From the NCBI GenBank assembly GCA_022813865.1, contig JALDZX010000005.1:310001-374000 (forward strand): DNA of 64,000 bases. The letters run 5' to 3'. A model generated the notes under the pieces. That model was not told where the DNA came from. It searched no databases and worked only from the letters and a program-made list of their open reading frames with translations. Numbering within the stretch: position 1 is the first letter of the stretch; every line of letters begins with the position of its first letter. Made by a program: the position numbers and the translations under genes. Positions 63,151 through 64,000 of the stretch are shown piece by piece. Source of the DNA: Xylographa opegraphella. Lineage: Eukaryota.

Positions 63151-63635
63151 GATTGGGCTTTTGAACGTTGGTGTTGCGCTGACGCAGAACTCATTGATGC
63201 TGGGGAAGTGCCTGTCTTGGTATGTCTTCTACGAGGGTCTACTATGTGAAGATTAGGGTTAAGGTGGTTTCGATGATCAGAGACTCTTCAGGGCTGTGTG
63301 ATGCGTCGCGTCGTGTACGGTATGCAACTATCTGTATGTATGACGTACACTTGGTACCTTACCTTATTCTTGTGGACACGAAAACACATGATCGATAGTT
63401 AGCCCCAACTTTGAGGCGGCAAGGGATGCGATTCGGGTTCCCGAACATAAAGTTTGGATTCTTTGATTACATATTTTACTCTTCCAAACACTAAGTTGTT
63501 TATCCAGCAGTTGCGCCGGTTTAACGCTGGCTTATTTTCCCACAGGTGTGCTCAGCAGTATCCGGTTTCATCATAGGGCGAAGGCGACCTCGGAGGCATA
63601 AAGGGTCAGGCGCCTCCAAGTCCTGCCGTGACAGA

Positions 63636-64000
<365 letters not shown>

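Overview
Intron-containing filamentous ascomycete (Pezizomycotina) chromosomal DNA; a lichen-forming lineage is a guess from sequence style only. About 28 genes or gene relics, mostly conserved housekeeping genes: alternative oxidase, Vps71, WLM protease, Tls1/C9orf78, UNG1, tartrate/D-malate dehydrogenase, MICOS ApoO, salicylate hydroxylase-like monooxygenase, SF3B6, STIMATE-like protein, coatomer zeta, PMR1, Rad21, Rqc2/NEMF, pseudouridine glycosidase-kinase fusion, COG4, OST1 and a partial sirtuin. The standout is an accessory block (about 11.5-17.7 kb) with a divergently transcribed, leaderless gene pair. One gene encodes a ~540 aa protein whose N-terminus resembles the bacterial toxin-cluster P47/OrfX (TULIP) proteins. 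The other encodes a ~1000 aa protein with Gly-rich, long-helical and C-terminal beta-sandwich regions reminiscent of Tc-toxin A subunits. Together they are a candidate fungal two-component toxin or defence module. Also found: a triple CGG-N7 motif in the AOX promoter, a CFEM-like small secreted protein missed by the ORF track, a Kex2-type secreted protein with a possible permuted papain-like His/Cys pair, a perfect 5x20 bp tandem repeat and gene relics. All family calls come from motif recognition by eye, not database searches. Splice sites were inferred manually.
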